Assembly (NCBI GenBank): GCA_040954595.2
Contig: CM082580.2
Location: 124,001 to 188,000, forward strand
Reading direction: 5' to 3'
Length of the DNA: 64,000 bases
Source: Balanoglossus misakiensis
Lineage: Eukaryota; Animalia; Hemichordata
Numbering within the stretch: the first letter of the stretch is position 1; each line of letters begins with the position of its first letter. The notes under the pieces are model-generated. The model saw only the letters and a list, made by a program, of their open reading frames with translations. It ran no database searches and was not told the DNA's origin. A program made the position numbers and the translations under genes. Positions 53,101-64,000 of the stretch are shown one piece after another.

Positions 53101-54842
53101 GTTGACGCAAAGGTTGACCCCACCAAACACTCAAAATTAATGGGCAGAACACTGTCCACTATGGCCTGGTTACTGTGTGCTCTGGTTAATGTTGACGCAA
53201 AGGTTGACCCCACCAAACACTCAAAATTAATGGGCAGAACACTGTCCACTACGGCCTGGTTACTGTGTGCTCTGGTTAATGTTGACGCAAAGGTTGACCC
53301 CACCAAACACTCAAAATTAATGGGCAGCACACTGTCCACTATGGCCTGGTTACTGTGTGCTCTGGTTAATGTTGACGCAAAGGTTGACCCCACCAAACAC
53401 TCAAAATTAATGGGCAGAACACTGTCCACTACGGCCTGGTTACTGTGTGCTCTGGTTAATGTTGACGCAAAGGTTGACCCCACCAAACACTCAAAATTAA
53501 AGGGCAGAACACTGTCCACTATGGCCTGGTTACTGTGTGCTCTGGTTAATGTTGACGCAAAGGTTGACCCCACCAAACATTCAAAATTAATGGGCAGAAC
53601 ACTGTCCACTACGGCCTGGTTACTGTGTGCTCTGGTTAATGTTGACGCAAAGGTTGACCCACCAAACACTCAAAATTAATGGGCAGAACACTGTCCACTA
53701 CGGCCTGGTTACTGTGTGCTCTGGTTAATGTTGACGCAAAGGTTGACCCCACCAAACACTCAAAATTAATGGGCAGAACACTGTCCACTATGGCCTGGTT
53801 ACTGTGTGCTCTGGTTAATGTTGACGCAAAGGTTGACCCCACCAAACACTCAAAATTAATGGGCAGCACACTGTCCACTATGGCCTGGTTACTGTGTGCT
53901 CTGGTTAATGTTGACGCAAAGGTTGACCCCACCAAACACTCAAAATTAATGGGCAGAACACTGTCCACTATGGCCTGGTTATTGTGTGCTCTGGTTAATG
54001 TTGACGCAAAGGTTGACCCCCACCAAACACTCAAAATTAATGGGCACGATACTGGCCACTCTGGCCTAGTTAATGTTGGCGCAAAGGTTGACCCCACCAA
54101 ACACTCAAAATTAATGGGCACGATACTGGCCACTCTGGCCTAGTTAATGTTGACGCAAAGGTTGTCCCCACCAAACACTCAAAATTAATGGGCACGATAC
54201 TGGCCACTCTGGCCTAGTTAATGTTGACGCAAAGGTTGACCCCACCAAACACTCAAAATTAATGGGCACGATACTGGCCACTCTGGCCTAGTTAATGTTG
54301 ACGCAAAGGTTGACCCCACCAAACACTCAAAATTAATGGGCAGAACACTGTCCACTACGGCCTGGTTACTGTGTGCTCTGGTTAATGTTGACGCAAAGGT
54401 TGACCCCACCAAACACTCAAAATTAATGGGCAGAACACTGTCCACTACGGCCTGGTTACTGTGTGCTCTGGTTAATGTTGACGCAAAGGTTGACCCCACC
54501 AAACACTCAAAATTAATGGGCAGAACACTGTCCACTACGGCCTGGTTACTGTGTGCTCTGGTTAATGTTGACGCAAAGGTTGACCCCACCAAACACTCAA
54601 AATTAATGGGCAGCACACTGTCCACTATGGCCTGGTTACTGTGTGCTCTGGTTAATGTTGAAGCAAAGGTTGACCCCACCAAACACTCAAAATTAATGGG
54701 CAGAACACTGTCCACTACGGCCTGGTTACTGTGTGCTCTGGTTAATGTTGACGCAAAGGTTGACCCCCATCAAACACTCAAAATTAATGGGCACGATACT
54801 GGCCACTCTGGCCTGGTTACTGTGTGCTCTGGTTAATGTTAA
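41172..54842. repeat. ~13.7-kb satellite of interleaved 90-bp and 74-bp monomers with higher-order structure
   Basis: Shared core ttaatgttgacgcaaaggttgaccccaccaaacactcaaaattaatgggca, followed by either gaacactgtccactacggcctggttactgtgtgctctgg (90 bp) or cgatactggccactctggcctag (74 bp). Confidence 0.97.
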
Positions 54843-55073
54843 TGGTAGGTCGTGGCTGTCTCATTTCAGGGATTTGTGGACTAAATGTCAATCTTTGTAC
54901 TATTCGTACATGAAACTTTTCTTTCACATACAACTTACAGACCAACATAGACAGTCATGCTTATATAAGTATGACTATCTATTAAAGTAACATTCATATC
55001 ATGATTGTTGTTTTACACTGTGTTTTCAAAGTAATTGTTGCAGTAAACCAATTGCCTTGCTTGGAAATATTAA

Positions 55074-55180
55074 AAGGGAAGTCCTGTCCAGCTGATTTAT
55101 GCATAATTTCTACACAATGTTTTTTTCTGAAAGAATGACCTCAAAGCTACCCAATTATGTAGCTGAACCGGACTTCCCCT
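55074..55180. mobile_element. Small TTAA-flanked MITE; partial copy at ~58700-58800
   Basis: TTAA|aagggaagtcc...ggacttcccct|TTAA. Confidence 0.7.
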
Positions 55181-55695
55181 TTAAATGCTACCAGTGAGCT
55201 TGTTTGTCTTTGTAAATACACTCAAGTATTAATCCCCTTTTTCTCAGAATTCAATGCATCTTCATGCCATGAGGTGAGAGGACACTTTTGTTAGCAGGAG
55301 GGAAACAAATCCAAAATAAATAATAACAGTGCAAAGTTGGTCTGCTGACTTTCTCCACATTTCATTATTGAATTACGGCAAAATTATGAAATCCAATTAT
55401 GAAATTCAGCTTTTTGTCCACTTTTTGTTGCTGCAAATTCATTGCGGTATAAAGGTCAATAATATGACAAATCTTGGTTAAAAGTATACAGTCACCTTCA
55501 ATACACATTCCCATATATGGCTGAATGGCGTATTTGAGCATTCTAAAGAACATATGGTGGCGCCTGTTTTCCACGTGTGCCACCAAATGAAAATCTGTGA
55601 TTGGCTAGATTTCAATTTTCCATGGTAACTATATATAGCTAATTTTCCATGGGTGATCATATACCTTTAACTCTATAGTTTAACATGATACTTAC

Positions 55696-55881
55696 GAACA
55701 CATGATTGGTTAAAAGTGTAGACATCATACATTGAGAGACCAGTTTCTCCAGGTGGCAGATAGAATCCACCTGTGCCGTTATTTGCATATAAGAGATAGC
55801 CTTCTTCACAGGAACATTGAAAACCACCTGCAGTGTTTTTACAAAGTTGATCACAAGAATGTGAAGCACATTCATTTATAT
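55696..55881 (-). CDS. uif-like exon: calcium-binding EGF with long insertion
   Basis: DINECASHSCDQLCKNTAGGFQCSCEEGYLLYANNGTGGFYLPPGETGLSMYDVYTFNQSCV; not in the supplied ORF track. Confidence 0.88.
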
Positions 55882-56402
55882 CTACAAAGAAGGAACATGG
55901 ATTGGATTAAAACAATGTACATTCAGTAAAATTGAAAGTATTGTCATTTCTTTTAATCGTGAATTTTGGGATTATCTTGTGTACGTACAAGATGAATCTG
56001 TGATAAAATAAAGGCGTCACCTTGCTTGCTTTTGAAATACAAGGCCATTAATTTAGTTGATAATAGAAGAAACCTGCTGACTCAGCATGGTTCACCAATG
56101 GTTTGTCTATGGACAAAAACCTTAAAGAAATTTATCTCAAAATAGAGCATTGTAATCACACAATTTTATTTGACCAATGAATTTATATTTACTAGACTGA
56201 GCTATGTGTAAAATTTCGTGAAAATGACAATAGTAGAAGTTTGTTTTCTAGCAATTATCAATGTAATCCTATGAGAAAAAGACACCTGAGATTAAAAGGT
56301 CATTCCAAAAATTTATCCGGAATTCTGAAATAAGTTCGGAATGTGTTAAATGTGAAAATAGTGACTTGAAGTTATGTTGCAAGTGACTTGATTATGTCTC
56401 AC

Positions 56403-56531
56403 CTTTGCATGCTGTTCCATTCACATCTGGTTCAAATCCCACCAAACATGCACACTGATAGTCACCATCTCTATTTTCACAGACTTGATTGATTCCACAC
56501 CGTGCCACCAATGTACTACATTCATTGATAT
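56403..56531 (-). CDS. uif-like exon: calcium-binding EGF
   Basis: DINECSTLVARCGINQVCENRDGDYQCACLVGFEPDVNGTACK. Confidence 0.9.
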
Positions 56532-57008
56532 CTGAAATGTTATTTATCAAGATATGATCAAAATCCCACAGGTCCGCTGGTAAATTCAGACCAACAAGTT
56601 TAGCTGGGAACCACCAGACCAACAGGAAATTTTCACAAACAAATTTTCGCGAACTATGCAAGAGCCAAAAAAAAAAGACATTTTTGCGTAAAAAACTATT
56701 TTCAGTGATAACAATGTAGTGAAATACGAGAACATGAAAATTAATCGTCTCATAACAGTTTCTGCTTTTGATATCGCAAAAAATTTCTTTGTCGCGAAAA
56801 TTTCCTGTTTTACAGTAATCAATGAAAAATAAAATTACGAAAATCATGAAATTTCTGACAGCCATAGATTTGCATGGCATGAACTGTATGTCCTATCAGC
56901 ATGTAGTTTAGGTGACATTTATGATAAATAGTCAAATTACTGGAGTGATCGATTACGGTACCTCATAAGCAGACAACCACATGAAGACCAATCTTGATGT
57001 GAACTTAC

Positions 57009-57191
57009 CAATGCATGATGGTATTGCACTATTCCAATGTAAATCGGATTGACAAGTCAGGTAATCAGCACCATTTAATTCATAGCCAGCATTACAATAG
57101 AATGTGATGTTACTGCCCATATAATATGGTCCACTATCAGGGACAGCTTGTAGATGTGGGTCTGTTATGAGTATATCACTGCAGTTCAATC
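57009..57191 (-). CDS. uif-like exon: CCP/sushi
   Basis: LNCSD...GSNITFYCNAGYELNGADYLTCQSDLHWNSAIPSCI. Confidence 0.9.
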
Positions 57192-57501
57192 CTGCAAGTA
57201 AAAAAAATAAAACACTATGTGGATGCAGACTTGATTGTGGTATATATATTGGGTATCTGTATTCTGTCACAACTTTAACATTTTCACCCCAAGTTCCCAC
57301 TATAAAAGTCCAGATACCATTGACTCCTTTTTTTCAATTATCGACTAAATTCATGACTCTGTATTTCAAAAACAAGCGTGGTGACCCCTATATTTTATCA
57401 CAAATTTTCATTATACATACATAGGATAATCCAAAAATTAACAATTAAAAGAAATGACCATATTTTCAATTTTACTGAATGTACATCCTTAAATGACTTA
57501 C

Positions 57502-57684
57502 GTTGACAGTATCCTGGATCTCTAATCCATGATCCATCTTCACCACATGTAGAGACAGTGTAGCCAGTCAGACTGTAGCCAGATGGACATGAGTAGGCAA
57601 TGGTTGTTCCAAAAATCAATGAATCACCATTAACAATTTCATATGATAAGTAGTTGTCTACATTCGGTGGTGGACACTCGCGAG
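57502..57684 (-). CDS. uif-like exon: CCP/sushi
   Basis: ECPPP...FGTTIAYSCPSGYSLTG...TCGEDGSWIRDPGYCQ. Confidence 0.9.
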
Positions 57685-57985
57685 CTGTTTGGATAAGATG
57701 AACAGATAACATTACAAGTGTGTTAATACTAGGAAAATGGTTTAAAGGGACATGTAGCAGTAACCCTCACAATCCTGCATATTTTCAAGTTACCAGTGTC
57801 TGGTTTAACATTCAGTGTGTAATGTCCCAATTAGACACCCATGTGGAATGTAGCAACCAGCACAAAGTGCCCCATCATAACGCTATGGAGAGAATTTCAA
57901 CTTGAGTCAGTGATTTTTATGAAAACATGACAGTGAACACCCTGTGTTATACTTTGTTTTCAAAACGACTCATCACACACTTTAA

Positions 57986-58285
57986 AGCCTCTAGAGCTGC
58001 CAAATTTCACAATTTTTTTCTTTTCCACAGTAAAACCTTTCAAATCTATGGTGATGCATACCACGATAGCTAGCTGCATACTGTTTGTATGGAGGCTGAT
58101 TTTAATAAAATGGGTACGGCACCTGTTTAATACATTGCACGTTTAAATTGCAACATACAGCCACAATCAGGCATTGATGACATGTTCTTGTATCCCTATC
58201 AGTAAGCTTAATTATTTCAATGTACCAATCTACGTCGGAAAATAAAATCTGAAAATAAATGCAAAAAGTGGCAGCTCTAGTGGCT
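57986..58285. mobile_element. Intronic TTAA-TSD MITE
   Basis: TTAA|agcctctagagctgcca...tggcagctctagtggct|TTAA. Confidence 0.8.
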
Positions 58286-58388
58286 TTAAAGCACTGAAAG
58301 GTTCAGAGGACTAACATTTTTCTGAAAATCCGTCTCCTAAGTGTGCACTACAATGGCAGTTTAATTGTTTTCAAAAATATCAACTTAC

Positions 58389-58568
58389 GCTCGCATTGGG
58401 GCACAAGTGGACCCCAGACACCATCTGCTTGGCATTCCAATGAAGACACATTATTTATAAACTGATAGCCCTCAATGCATTGATAATAAGCAATGCCACC
58501 ATACACTGTACTGGTAACATTGGTAAGAATTCCATTGCTGCACTCAGGGGGTCCACCACATGTTATTC
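58389..58568 (-). CDS. uif-like exon: CCP/sushi
   Basis: ITCGGPPECSNG...YQCIEGYQF...ECQADGVWGPLVPQCE; phase 1-1. Confidence 0.88.
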
Positions 58569-58803
58569 CTAAAAAATAAACAACAAATTAGTGTCATTCA
58601 AGTTGTTGCTAACAATAGATTCAAGAGACAAATTAAGTCACTGCACTTTTTTCATTAATTATCTTGGATACAAGACACCAGGCTAGGCATATTTGCATAG
58701 CTGGTACGACTTATACACGGCGAAAATGTTTTTTTTTCCTGAAAGAGTGACCTCAAAGCTACAAAATTATGTAGATATCAGCTAGACCGGACATCCCCTT
58801 TAA

Positions 58804-58904
58804 CTACTGGATAACCGTCCGAGCATTGGAATGAGACAGAGACATCATACCTTCTATCTCTGTACTGGTCACCACGCCCTCACTAATCACAATTTCGGGA
58901 CAGT
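58804..58904 (-). pseudogene. uif-like exon: frameshifted, truncated CCP
   Basis: DCPEIVISEGVVTSTE / RRYDVSVSFQCSDGYPV in two frames; cut at the TTAA of a MITE remnant. Confidence 0.65.
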
Positions 58905-58979
58905 CTGTCAGAACAAGGATCACAATGATAAGAATGCATGCAGACAAATACTTAAACTCATAAATGTCAGTTGTTTTAA

Positions 58980-59203
58980 AGTGAAGGGGTCGTCGCAATG
59001 CGTTTGTTTATAAACATTACAATTCATCCACAAATCCCTCAAATAAGATAATTCTTAGAATGAACGAAGCAGCTGACAGTATCCTAGACTGTCCATGACA
59101 GCAACTGAAGATCCTAGTAGGTCGTGGCTGTCTAATTTCAGGGATTTGTGGATGAATTGCAATGTTTATAAACAAACAAACGCAGTGCGACGACCCCATC
59201 ACT
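58980..59203. mobile_element. Intronic palindromic MITE
   Basis: agtgaaggggtcgtcgca / tgcgacgaccccatcact with ttaa / ttat flanks. Confidence 0.75.
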
Positions 59204-59422
59204 TTATTGAGTGTGATACAAGAGTGTTGCCATTCCTGTCAATGGTCCAAAATTGCATTGCAATTGTAAGAAATTACTGTCTCTGTTTTTCCAGCTCTTT
59301 GAAGTTTCGTAAAAATTCAAAAACATTTGCACCTTTCAATTAATGACTCTAAATCACAAGGAATAAAGGGAGAGTGTGTTTCTAAGAATTCTGTAACAAC
59401 TTTTTCTGAAATGTTAGTAAGT

Positions 59423-59633
59423 TACTGTAAAACACTTTATTTTCGCGAGCAAGAGATTTTCGCGAAATACGCGAGAGCCAAAATAGCGTGAAAATAAAAA
59501 GTTGCGTAATTTTTTTGAAGATAAAGATGCAATGAATGAAATAAGAGAACGCGAAAATTAATACTGGCGAAACAGTGGCCTCTCTCGATGTCGCGAAAAA
59601 TTTCAACTCGTGAAAATAAAGTGTTTTACAGTA
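59423..59633. mobile_element. TA-flanked MITE; relatives at ~56620-56817, 59862-60060 and 60103-60312
   Basis: TIRs tactgtaaaacactttattttc / gaaaataaagtgttttacagta. Confidence 0.8.
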
Positions 59634-59640
59634 TGTGTAC

Positions 59641-59824
59641 CTGGTGAAAATGAAGCCCTGAATCCTTTAGCTGGTCGTGTTCTACTACTCCTGAACACAA
59701 CCGAAAAGTGTCCAATGTCTGTACGGCAATCGGGTGGTGGCACAGTGCCATCAATGACTCCATCAGAATTGCCACTCCATGGACCAATAATGACATCATC
59801 ATCACTCTCAGTACCATTGTATAC
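59641..59824 (-). CDS. uif-like exon: CUB C-half
   Basis: VYNG...FSVVFRSSRTRPAKGFRASFSP; AG/GT boundaries. Confidence 0.85.
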
Positions 59825-60477
59825 CTTCAGAAACAAAGACAAATTAAGCATGCATTGTAAATACCGTAAAACGGGAAATCTTCACAACAGGAAATTTTCG
59901 CGATATCAAAGGTGGCTACTGTTACGCGACAATTAATTTTCACATTGGCATATTTTACTGCATTGTTATCTCTGAAGCATTTTAAGCGACTTTTTATTTT
60001 CATATTTTTTGGCTCTCACATAGTTTACGAAAATTTATCGTTCACGAAAATGTTATAGTATTCAATCCTTGTTGCATTTCCTGCTGTAACAGCTACTCAA
60101 CATACTGTAAAATGGGAAATGTTCGCAAACAATAAATTTTCGCGATCTACGTGAGAGCCATCAAAACATAAAAATAAAAAGTTGCGTAAAAATGTTTTTC
60201 GGGGATAATGATGCAGTGAAATACAAGAACGTGAAAAGTTATTGTTGCATAACACTTGCCTCTTTTGATAACGCGAAAATTTCATGTTGCAAAAGTATCC
60301 CGTTTTACAGTATATATGTGATTAATTAAATTTCCAAATTGTGTTCCAAAGTTGTATAGTTTGAAGTAATGTCTGCCAAAATTGTCAAACTAAAATCACT
60401 GCAAAATAATATGACAAATTTTTTAATATGACAAATATTTTTAACATGGCTGACTCATGATCATATCTGATACTCAC

Positions 60478-60662
60478 AATGATGTAATCAACATCTGTGT
60501 TCCTCTCTAATCCAAAGTTCTCATCAAAGTTAAGAGTTAATGGTCTTCCAGTTGGTTCCTTGATTAACCAGCTACACATAACATCATCAGGGTAAGTGCT
60601 AACATCATACCCTGGTGACTGAATCGTGCCAAAACTACGCAGAATTTCAATTCCCTGGCAAC
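60478..60662 (-). CDS. uif-like exon: CUB N-half
   Basis: CQGIEILRSFGTIQSPGYDVSTYPDDVMCSWLIKEPTGRPLTLNF; AG/GT boundaries. Confidence 0.88.
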
Positions 60663-60894
60663 CTTTAAAGAAACAAGTGACCTATCGGTCAAAAGAGCTC
60701 TGCTGACTTTAACAGTGAAACCTATAGCTGGGCAATGATATGAATACCCTAGGTTTTAATCATAACAATTGTATTCTATTAAACAAAACCAAACATAGAC
60801 ATCACAAGTATTTAATATCCACATTCAGCCTGATTCATTGTGCTAAAGAAAGAAAGAATTTATTCCTAAAGAACAACATCAAAAGGAAGTACCA

Positions 60895-61420
60895 AGGTAC
60901 TAATTTGCATATTCATGACCCGATCAAAATTCCAATAAAACAAAATCAGGTAGGGGCACCATAACACACATTCTACCAAATTTCAGCTCCATCGTACATG
61001 TAGTTAGGGAGAAGAAGATTTTTTACCAAAAATTATATTTTTAGATCTAATTTGCATATTCATGACCCGATCATATCCAAATTTATGAAATCAGGTAGGG
61101 GCACCATAACACACATTCCTGCAAAATTTCAGCTCCATCGTACATGTAGTTAGGGAGAAGAAAATGTTTGACCAACATTCTATTTTTAGATCTAATTTGC
61201 ATATTTATGACCCCATCAAATCCAAATTTACAAAATCAGGTAGGGGCACCATAACACACATTCCTACCAAATTATAGCTAAATATGCAATGTCGTTTTAA
61301 CGAAGAAGATTGAAATACCGAAAGTTGACGGACGACGGACAACGGACGCCGGACGACAGACGGACACTTATCAACCTACTGCTACAGCTTGGCTGACACA
61401 AGTGACAGCCAAGCTAAAAA
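60895..61420 (-). mobile_element. Helentron-associated element with three ~146-bp core repeats
   Basis: IR agcttggctg..cagccaagct, (gtcc/gtc)n microsatellite, and cores aatttgcatatt.atgacc...aaatcaggtaggggcaccataacacacatt at ~60902, 61049 and 61194. Confidence 0.6.
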
Positions 61421-61797
61421 TACCAAACAAGGAATAATGAATTCAATCCACAGGTTTGGTGTAATCCTGGCTGCCTTTTATTTTGTGCTAGGGGATCAAA
61501 TCACATAATAATTGCCTTCTGGATAAAAAGTCGTACGCGACAGAAGAAATGACTGTTAACTGTATATGACTTCCTTAGGTCAAACCTTTCTGTCGTTATA
61601 CATGTAGTTATCAAATTAAACTCATTTAACTTTTTTCACATTTTGTTATTTTTTCTGTTAAAAAGTTTCATAATGACCCAGTATCAGATTAGCTTATATT
61701 ATAAACTTCCAGAAAGAATGGCAAAAGAAGATAGATCTGTGATCCTTACAATTCTTACTGGGTTGAAATTCTTTGGGAATGATTTTAAGTGATTTAA

Positions 61798-62146
61798 AGG
61801 GACAAAGTTTCTCTCACTCGCTGCCCTTTTTCCATTAACTATGTTTGATACAAGATACTGTTTATGTTATTCTACATGTGGATATATAGTGAATCAACAT
61901 TCAACCACGCACAACTTCCATCCCGTTTGTAGGATATGAGAGTAAAAATATTGCCAAAATGAATAAACGGTAGAGACCAATTATTCATTTTGGCGAGTTT
62001 TTTCACTCTTGTGTCTACAAGTGGGATGGAAGTTGTTTGTGGTCAAACGTTGTTTTAATATATATCCACATGTAGAATAACATAAACGCTGTATTGTATC
62101 ATCATAATTCCTGGAAAAAGGGTAGCGAGAGAGAGTGTTTGTCCCT
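61798..62146. mobile_element. TTAA MITE, same family as 22807-23153
   Basis: TTAA|agggacaaag...tttgtccct|TTAA. Confidence 0.85.
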
Positions 62147-62231
62147 TTAAAACATTGTTCTCTTGCATCATGAATCCTTGATTGCCTCTTCATTCAAACA
62201 ACGTCTTGATCAATTTGAATGCGTTACCTAC

Positions 62232-62433
62232 CTGCCCAGTAATGTACATGAAAACCTCTCATTGTAACTGCATCATCACTCTTAATGTCAACTCTCATCA
62301 TACTTTTGGAAGATATGATGACATTGGGTAACTCCATCCCAGAAAATAAAGCAAGTCTGAGGGCAGGATTCAGTTCAGCGCCATCGTATACAGACACTTG
62401 ATCAGCCCCATCTTCTGTTGCAAAGGAGATAAA
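62232..62433 (-). CDS. uif-like exon: CUB C-half (acceptor mutated to CCG)
   Basis: FISFATEDGADQVSVYDG...LFSG..ISSKSMMRVDIKSDDAVTMRGFHVHYWA. Confidence 0.8.
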
Positions 62434-62548
62434 CGGAAAAGATATAAAAAATAGCATCAAAGACACTTTGCTCCCATTTGATATGTACATTTAAATGTGA
62501 CATACCGTACAATCATAGTGATCACAATTTCCTACACAAAACCATTAA

Positions 62549-62824
62549 GGGGCAAAGTCTCTCTCTCTCTCGCTGCCCCTTTTCCATTAATTATCGTTTG
62601 ATTATCGTTTATGTTATTCTAGATGTGGATATATAGTGAATCAACATTCCATCCCGCTTCATTTTGGGCGAGATTTTTACTCTCATATCCTAAAAATGGG
62701 ATGGAAGGTGTGTGTGGTCGAATGTTGATTCACTATATATCCTCATGTAGAATAACATAAACGGTGTCTTGTATCAAACATAATTAATGGGAAAAGGGCA
62801 GCGAGAGAGAGAGACTTCGTCCCT
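62549..62824. mobile_element. TTAA MITE, same family, internally deleted
   Basis: ttaa|ggggcaaagtctctc...gagacttcgtccct|ataa. Confidence 0.75.
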
Positions 62825-63193
62825 ATAAGGACACCTTTAGCATTGATGAGGTAATATAAGAATACATCTGATAAAGAATATTTTCACATCCCAATAAACC
62901 AAAATCCAAAACAACTGGAAGAGCCGTTTCTGACATAAGTGGACTTTTGGACCAAAAATGTCTAAAACTACCCACCCCCCTCCTCCCCAGTATTGATATT
63001 TGTCACATGTTTATGTACACCATAATAACAAATATTGTAGGTCCTTGTAAACCAAATTTTAAGAAATCGGAAAAGTGACTACTGAGAATTGACCAGAAAT
63101 GACAAAAATAAAATGTATTTTTAAAAATATAATTACTAATTTTTGTCATGCTGTAAAACAACTCACACGATTAATTGCATCTGAATCCACTAC

Positions 63194-63345
63194 CTGTAAA
63201 GTGACAACAAATTCTGTTGTGAATGATGCCAGCTGTCAGTTACAATCTTCATTGTTGAGATAATTCTTGCCTTCAAAATATTCTGTACTGCTGAGATTCT
63301 GTTTATATGACTGTGCTATGAAATTCCCACCACACAAAGAATACA
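63194..63345 (-). pseudogene. uif-like exon: CUB N-half with premature stop
   Basis: VYSLCGGNFIA...NYLNNEDCN*QLA...VVTLQ; TGA sits at the conserved C-x-W tryptophan. Confidence 0.8.
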
Positions 63346-63638
63346 CTGAAAGAAAGAAGAAGTCATCTTAACAGAAACACTTCACAAACAGGACATCAGC
63401 AAGATCACAGTCGAGGTAGGGCAAATATTGCCTACATGTGCAATCTATAATGTTATACCAGGTTCACGTAGGGTAAAATTCGAAACGTTTCAGAGACACT
63501 ATTTGCCTAAGGTAAACACAGAGCATTAATGCTTTTAGTTGCCTTGTGTCCACACATGCAAAGTTTATGTGTAGTTCGCGAAAATTTATCGTTTGCGAAA
63601 ATTTCCAGTTTTACATTATGTATAAAACTTGGTATTAC

Positions 63639-63840
63639 CTGCTTGCCAAGATGCTTCAAAGCCAGTAGCAGTATGCGAACTATCTGAGAGAAATTTCACC
63701 AACATTGCATTACCACTGCTAATAACTTCATCAGGCTGGTCCGGTCCACTGTATGTGGCAAGAACTTTGGATGGGTCAAACACAGACACCTCGACAATGA
63801 CAACAGTATCATGATAAAGTTCAGTGTCAAAATGTAGAAA
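63639..63840 (-). CDS. uif-like exon: CUB C-half
   Basis: FLHFDTELYHDTV...VISSGNAMLVKFLSDSSHTATGFEASWQA; AG/GT boundaries. Confidence 0.85.
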
Positions 63841-64000
63841 CTGAAAAGAATAAAAAAATGTCACAACACACATCATAAATAGTGAGCTGTCTCAAGCCAA
63901 TATACATGAAAATAAACACAGTTTCATGACTTAAGCCCCATTAGCTGTAACTTTTTGCATTTTTCAGTATTTCTATTCTGTGTATCAATTATAGTTTCTT

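Larger units (their letters stand above)
55696..63840 (-). pseudogene. uif: Uninflatable-like CUB-CUB-CUB-CCPx4-EGFx2 cell-surface protein gene; disabled and apparently 3'-truncated; 5' part beyond the window
   Basis: Eleven exons with compatible phases. The EGF tail LYANNGTGGFYLPPGETGLSMYDVYTFNQSCV resembles the Uif motif recalled from memory. Lesions: in-frame TGA at 63236-63238, CCG acceptor at 62434-62436, and a frameshifted, truncated CCP exon at 58804-58904. Confidence 0.7.

Noticed and set aside
38538-54842. CRISPR-like arrays
   Set aside because: Units are head-to-tail with no unique spacers, there are no cas genes, and the context is eukaryotic.
41243-54990. Long repetitive ORFs as protein-coding genes
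   Set aside because: They arise from a 90-bp stop-free unit, occur on both strands, and are broken by 74-bp units and indels.
1-64000. tRNA or rRNA genes
   Set aside because: None recognised by eye; a covariance-model scan would be needed to exclude them.

Overview
AT-rich, repeat-dense animal genomic DNA; a marine invertebrate is inferred from the repeat families. The main element is a complete, recently inserted ~6.5-kb tyrosine-recombinase (DIRS/PAT-type) retrotransposon on the minus strand (12947-19429). It has identical split direct repeats (A1...B1-A2-spacer-B2) and encodes Gag (CCHC), RT/RNase H, an adenine-methyltransferase-like domain and a YR integrase. Unusually, it appears to depend on spliceosomal introns: a phase-0 GT-AG intron of 1054 nt splits gag, and the YR frame has no AUG of its own and starts at a splice acceptor. 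Other contents: a ~4-kb foldback element with arms built from ~170-bp units, nested in a small MITE with a 9-bp TSD; L2 and hAT relics; many TTAA- and TA-flanked MITEs; Helentron-like repeats; an orphan, frameshifted UBE2J1-like last exon; duplicated 73-75-nt micro-exons; a 13.7-kb 90/74-bp higher-order satellite; and a disabled multi-exon uninflatable-like CUB-CCP-EGF gene entering from the right edge on the minus strand. All calls were made by eye, without database searches.
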